64,000 bases of DNA, from assembly GCA_963789265.1 (NCBI GenBank), contig CAWBKB010000001.1:64001-128000 (forward strand). The letters are read 5' to 3'. The stretch comes from an uncultured delta proteobacterium (GTDB lineage Bacteria; Desulfobacterota; Desulfomonilia; Desulfomonilales; Desulfomonilaceae). The notes below the pieces were generated by a model. It was given only the letters and a program-made list of their open reading frames with translations, was not told the origin of the DNA and did no database searches. Positions 62,775 to 64,000 of the stretch are shown here, piece after piece. The first letter of the stretch is position 1. The number at the start of each line of letters is the position of its first letter. The position numbers were made by a program, and so were the translations under genes.

Positions 62775-63546
62775 ATGTTTACATCCAAATTCGATCTGAC
62801 TGGAAAAGTCGCCTTAGTCACTGGCGGAAACGGCGGCATCGGCCTGGGCATGGCTAGCGCTCTGGCCGAGTCGGGCGCGGACGTCTGCATCTGGGGTCGC
62901 AGCGAGACCAAGAATCACACGGCAGAAAACGTATTGAAAGCATATGGCCGACGAACACTTGCCTTGAAGTGCGACATCACCGACGAATGCCAGGTTAAAG
63001 AGTGCTTCGCCAGGACGACGGATGTCTTGGGAGGAGTCGACGCGTGTTTCGCCAATGCAGGCTTGCATAGAATGTCCACGCCTTTCCATGAGATGGATGC
63101 TGAGGAATGGAGACTCATATTTCGGACCAATATGGACGGCACATTCTTTACTCTTCGGGCCGCGGTACGACACATGTTGGAACGAGGGAAGGGCGGCTCG
63201 CTTGTGGCAACCAGCAGCCTCTCGGGGATTTCCGCTATGCCTAGAGGTGAACATTACGCAGCAACCAAGGCCGGCGTAATTGCCATGATACGTTCCGTGG
63301 CAGTGGAGTATGCCCGATACGGGATACGAGCGAACGCCATCTTACCCGGATGGGTCGAATCGGAGATGACCGGAGATTTGCTGGCCTGGGACAAGTTTCA
63401 GGCCGCGGGTACTTCCTAGGGTGCCCATGCGCCGTTGGGGAACACCGGAAGATTACGGGGCGATAGCCGTGTACTTCGCCAGCGATGCGAGCACGTACCA
63501 CACTGGCGACATCGTGGTCATCGACGGGGGGTACCACTGCTTTTGA
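62775..63546 (+). CDS. Short-chain dehydrogenase/reductase (frameshift near 63410)
   Basis: TGGNGGIG, ANAG, YAATK, PGW; C-terminus PMRRWGTPED...IDGGY in the alternate frame. Confidence 0.88.
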
Positions 63547-63722
63547 CATTCCTCAGGCGGTCATTTGAGAGAAGAGGGCTGCCTTGTGAGCTCCGTATTG
63601 GGCGTATCCAGGTTCTTTCTGTGCTTGGGTGACATCTATGTGATCCGAAGCGCAACGCACTTTCCGGGTTGCCAACCTTGGTTCGATCAACTTTTCTTTC
63701 AGGTTCACAGGAGGAAAGGGAT

Positions 63723-63845
63723 ATGCTCCTGCCAAAATTTGACTATCACGAACCCTCGACTCTTGAGGAAGCCTTGCACCTTCTCTCGGAGTTCGGAGGC
63801 AATGCCAAGGTACTGGCGGGCGGGACTGACCTTCTCGTCAAGCTC
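63723..63845 (+). pseudogene. 5' fragment of a xanthine-oxidase-family FAD subunit (CoxM-like)
   Basis: MLLPKFDYHEPSTLEEALHLL.......VLAGGTDLLVKL, then broken at a hairpin. Confidence 0.7.
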
Positions 63846-63887
63846 ATCTTCGACAGTGCCCCAAAATGGAGCACTGTCGAAGATGAG
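63843..63887. repeat. 17-bp perfect inverted repeat
   Basis: ctcatcttcgacagtgc-N11-gcactgtcgaagatgag. Confidence 0.8.
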
Positions 63888-64000
63888 TGTGACGAGAACG
63901 CCTGTCAATCGTTCAATGGTCCAAACGCAATTTTTCATTTTCTCTGTGTAACAAGACTGCAGGGAGGACACCGTGCAAAAGGTATCTACCGCAACCGTCG

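Noticed and set aside
9100..63420. About 14 frameshifts in otherwise intact genes (near 9130, 15180, 23270, 24500, 30743, 33390, 33565, 34005, 39645, 43137, 44190, 48715, 58215, 63410) as programmed frameshifting or mass pseudogenisation
   Set aside because: They are single-base indels scattered over unrelated genes with no shared slippery motif and no accompanying nonsense decay. Uncorrected long-read error is the simplest explanation; read polishing would settle it.
1..64000. CRISPR array, rRNA, or integron (intI/attC)
   Set aside because: No regularly spaced repeats, rRNA-like sequence, intI gene or convincing RYYYAAC…GTTRRRY sites were seen by eye.

Overview
A 64 kb bacterial window, about 54-55% GC by eye. 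The gene content and style suggest an anaerobic Desulfobacterota/Desulfomonile-like deltaproteobacterium (inference). At least 14 otherwise intact genes carry single-base frameshifts, which are most likely long-read indel errors. Three large + strand catabolic blocks are separated by scar-rich spacers. (1) 6.6-27.2 kb: a TetR regulon with a shared TGACTG-N6-CAGTCA operator. It encodes two flavin enoate-reductase-like enzymes, an acyl-CoA ligase, an amidohydrolase, a Cys-less thiolase plus DUF35, a hydratase, an acyl-CoA dehydrogenase, a HAAT ABC transporter, an SDR, and a soluble two-subunit molybdoenzyme closely resembling the gut-actinobacterial catechol dehydroxylases (Dadh family). (2) 29-42 kb: a PAS kinase and NtrC-type activator, a consensus sigma-54 promoter, 4-hydroxybenzoyl-CoA-reductase-like hcrBCA, a PaaK-type ligase and an ABC transporter. 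(3) 50-63.5 kb: Lrp, an epimerase, a carboxyltransferase and a split B12 mutase with a strongly remodelled acyl pocket, followed by an amidohydrolase, nitroreductase, aryl-acid ligase, acyl-CoA dehydrogenase and SDR. The spacers contain three 3' halves of tRNA-Asp(GTC), each followed by a hairpin, and a repeated composite unit (REP-like motif, deleted RAYT 5' piece, tyrosine-integrase 3' tip). They also hold an intact RAYT-type transposase with 25-bp inverted repeats, IS remnants, two toxin-antitoxin pairs and periplasmic cargo genes (Ntn hydrolase, cytochrome P460, esterase). No rRNA, complete tRNA or CRISPR array was seen.
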